The notes under the pieces: generated by a model | What the model was told of the DNA's origin: nothing | The model's input: the letters and a program-made list of their open reading frames with translations, nothing else | Databases searched by the model: none | Shown: in pieces, positions 63,558-64,000 of the stretch | How positions within the stretch are numbered: the first letter of the stretch is position 1 | Layout: each line of letters opens with the position of its first letter | Program-made: the position numbers and the translations under genes | NCBI RefSeq assembly: GCF_004010195.1 | Contig: NC_057739.1 | Location: 44,357,486-44,421,485, forward strand | From: Chiloscyllium plagiosum | Lineage: Eukaryota | Reading direction: 5' to 3' | DNA length: 64,000 bases

Positions 63558-64000
63558 GTATACTAATGACACAAACCATGACCTGCCGCCTTGGTCAGCA
63601 TGGTTTAAATTCTGAATTTGTCATTCTTGAGTTTATAAATGAATGAATAGAATCCAAAAGGAGATGTGATAGTAAAACCTATACAATTAATTTGATTATG
63701 CCGCACTTAGAATATTGTAGGCTGTCTTGGTCACTATGTAGTTAGGAAGGATGTCAAGGTCAAAGAGGAAATACAGAAAAGATTAACTCAGGTGACATCA
63801 ATAATAAAAGTTTTTAGTAATACTGTCTGATTAAAGGATCTGGGGCTTATTTGATGCGAATAGAGAATGCTGAGATGAGATCTGATTGGAGTAGGGTAGG
63901 ATGGGAACTGTTCAGAGGCAAGGATTTGAGGTAAGCAAGGATAAACCATCACTGCTGTCAAGAGTCAACAACTAAAATGTAGAAATATAGCACCATTACT

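Overview
Vertebrate genomic DNA, almost certainly a cartilaginous fish: HE1-type V-SINEs, HER1/CR1 LINEs and Penelope-like elements point to a shark (inference, species not determinable). Four protein-coding genes can be assembled by hand from splice sites and reading frame. (1) The 5' part of DYNC2I2/WDR34 on the minus strand (2 coding exons). (2) The complete SET/TAF-I beta gene, head-to-head with DYNC2I2 on a shared CpG island (8 exons, 280 aa, last intron GC-AG). (3) A two-exon minus-strand gene for a 175-aa protein made of a signal peptide plus a single cereblon-type thalidomide-binding (CULT) domain. (4) The first 8 coding exons of PKN3. The order DYNC2I2-SET-PKN3 matches human 9q34.11 as I recall it; the CULT gene is the extra member. 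The rest is mostly decayed CR1/L2/Rex LINEs, SINEs and many fold-back Penelope-derived insertions carrying minimal hammerhead-ribozyme motifs, including a perfect 188-bp palindrome. The most interesting signals are the apparently secreted cereblon-like protein with an intact tri-Trp cage, the hammerhead-bearing fold-back retroelements, and a candidate alternative first exon of SET. Homology calls rest on remembered sequences, not on searches.
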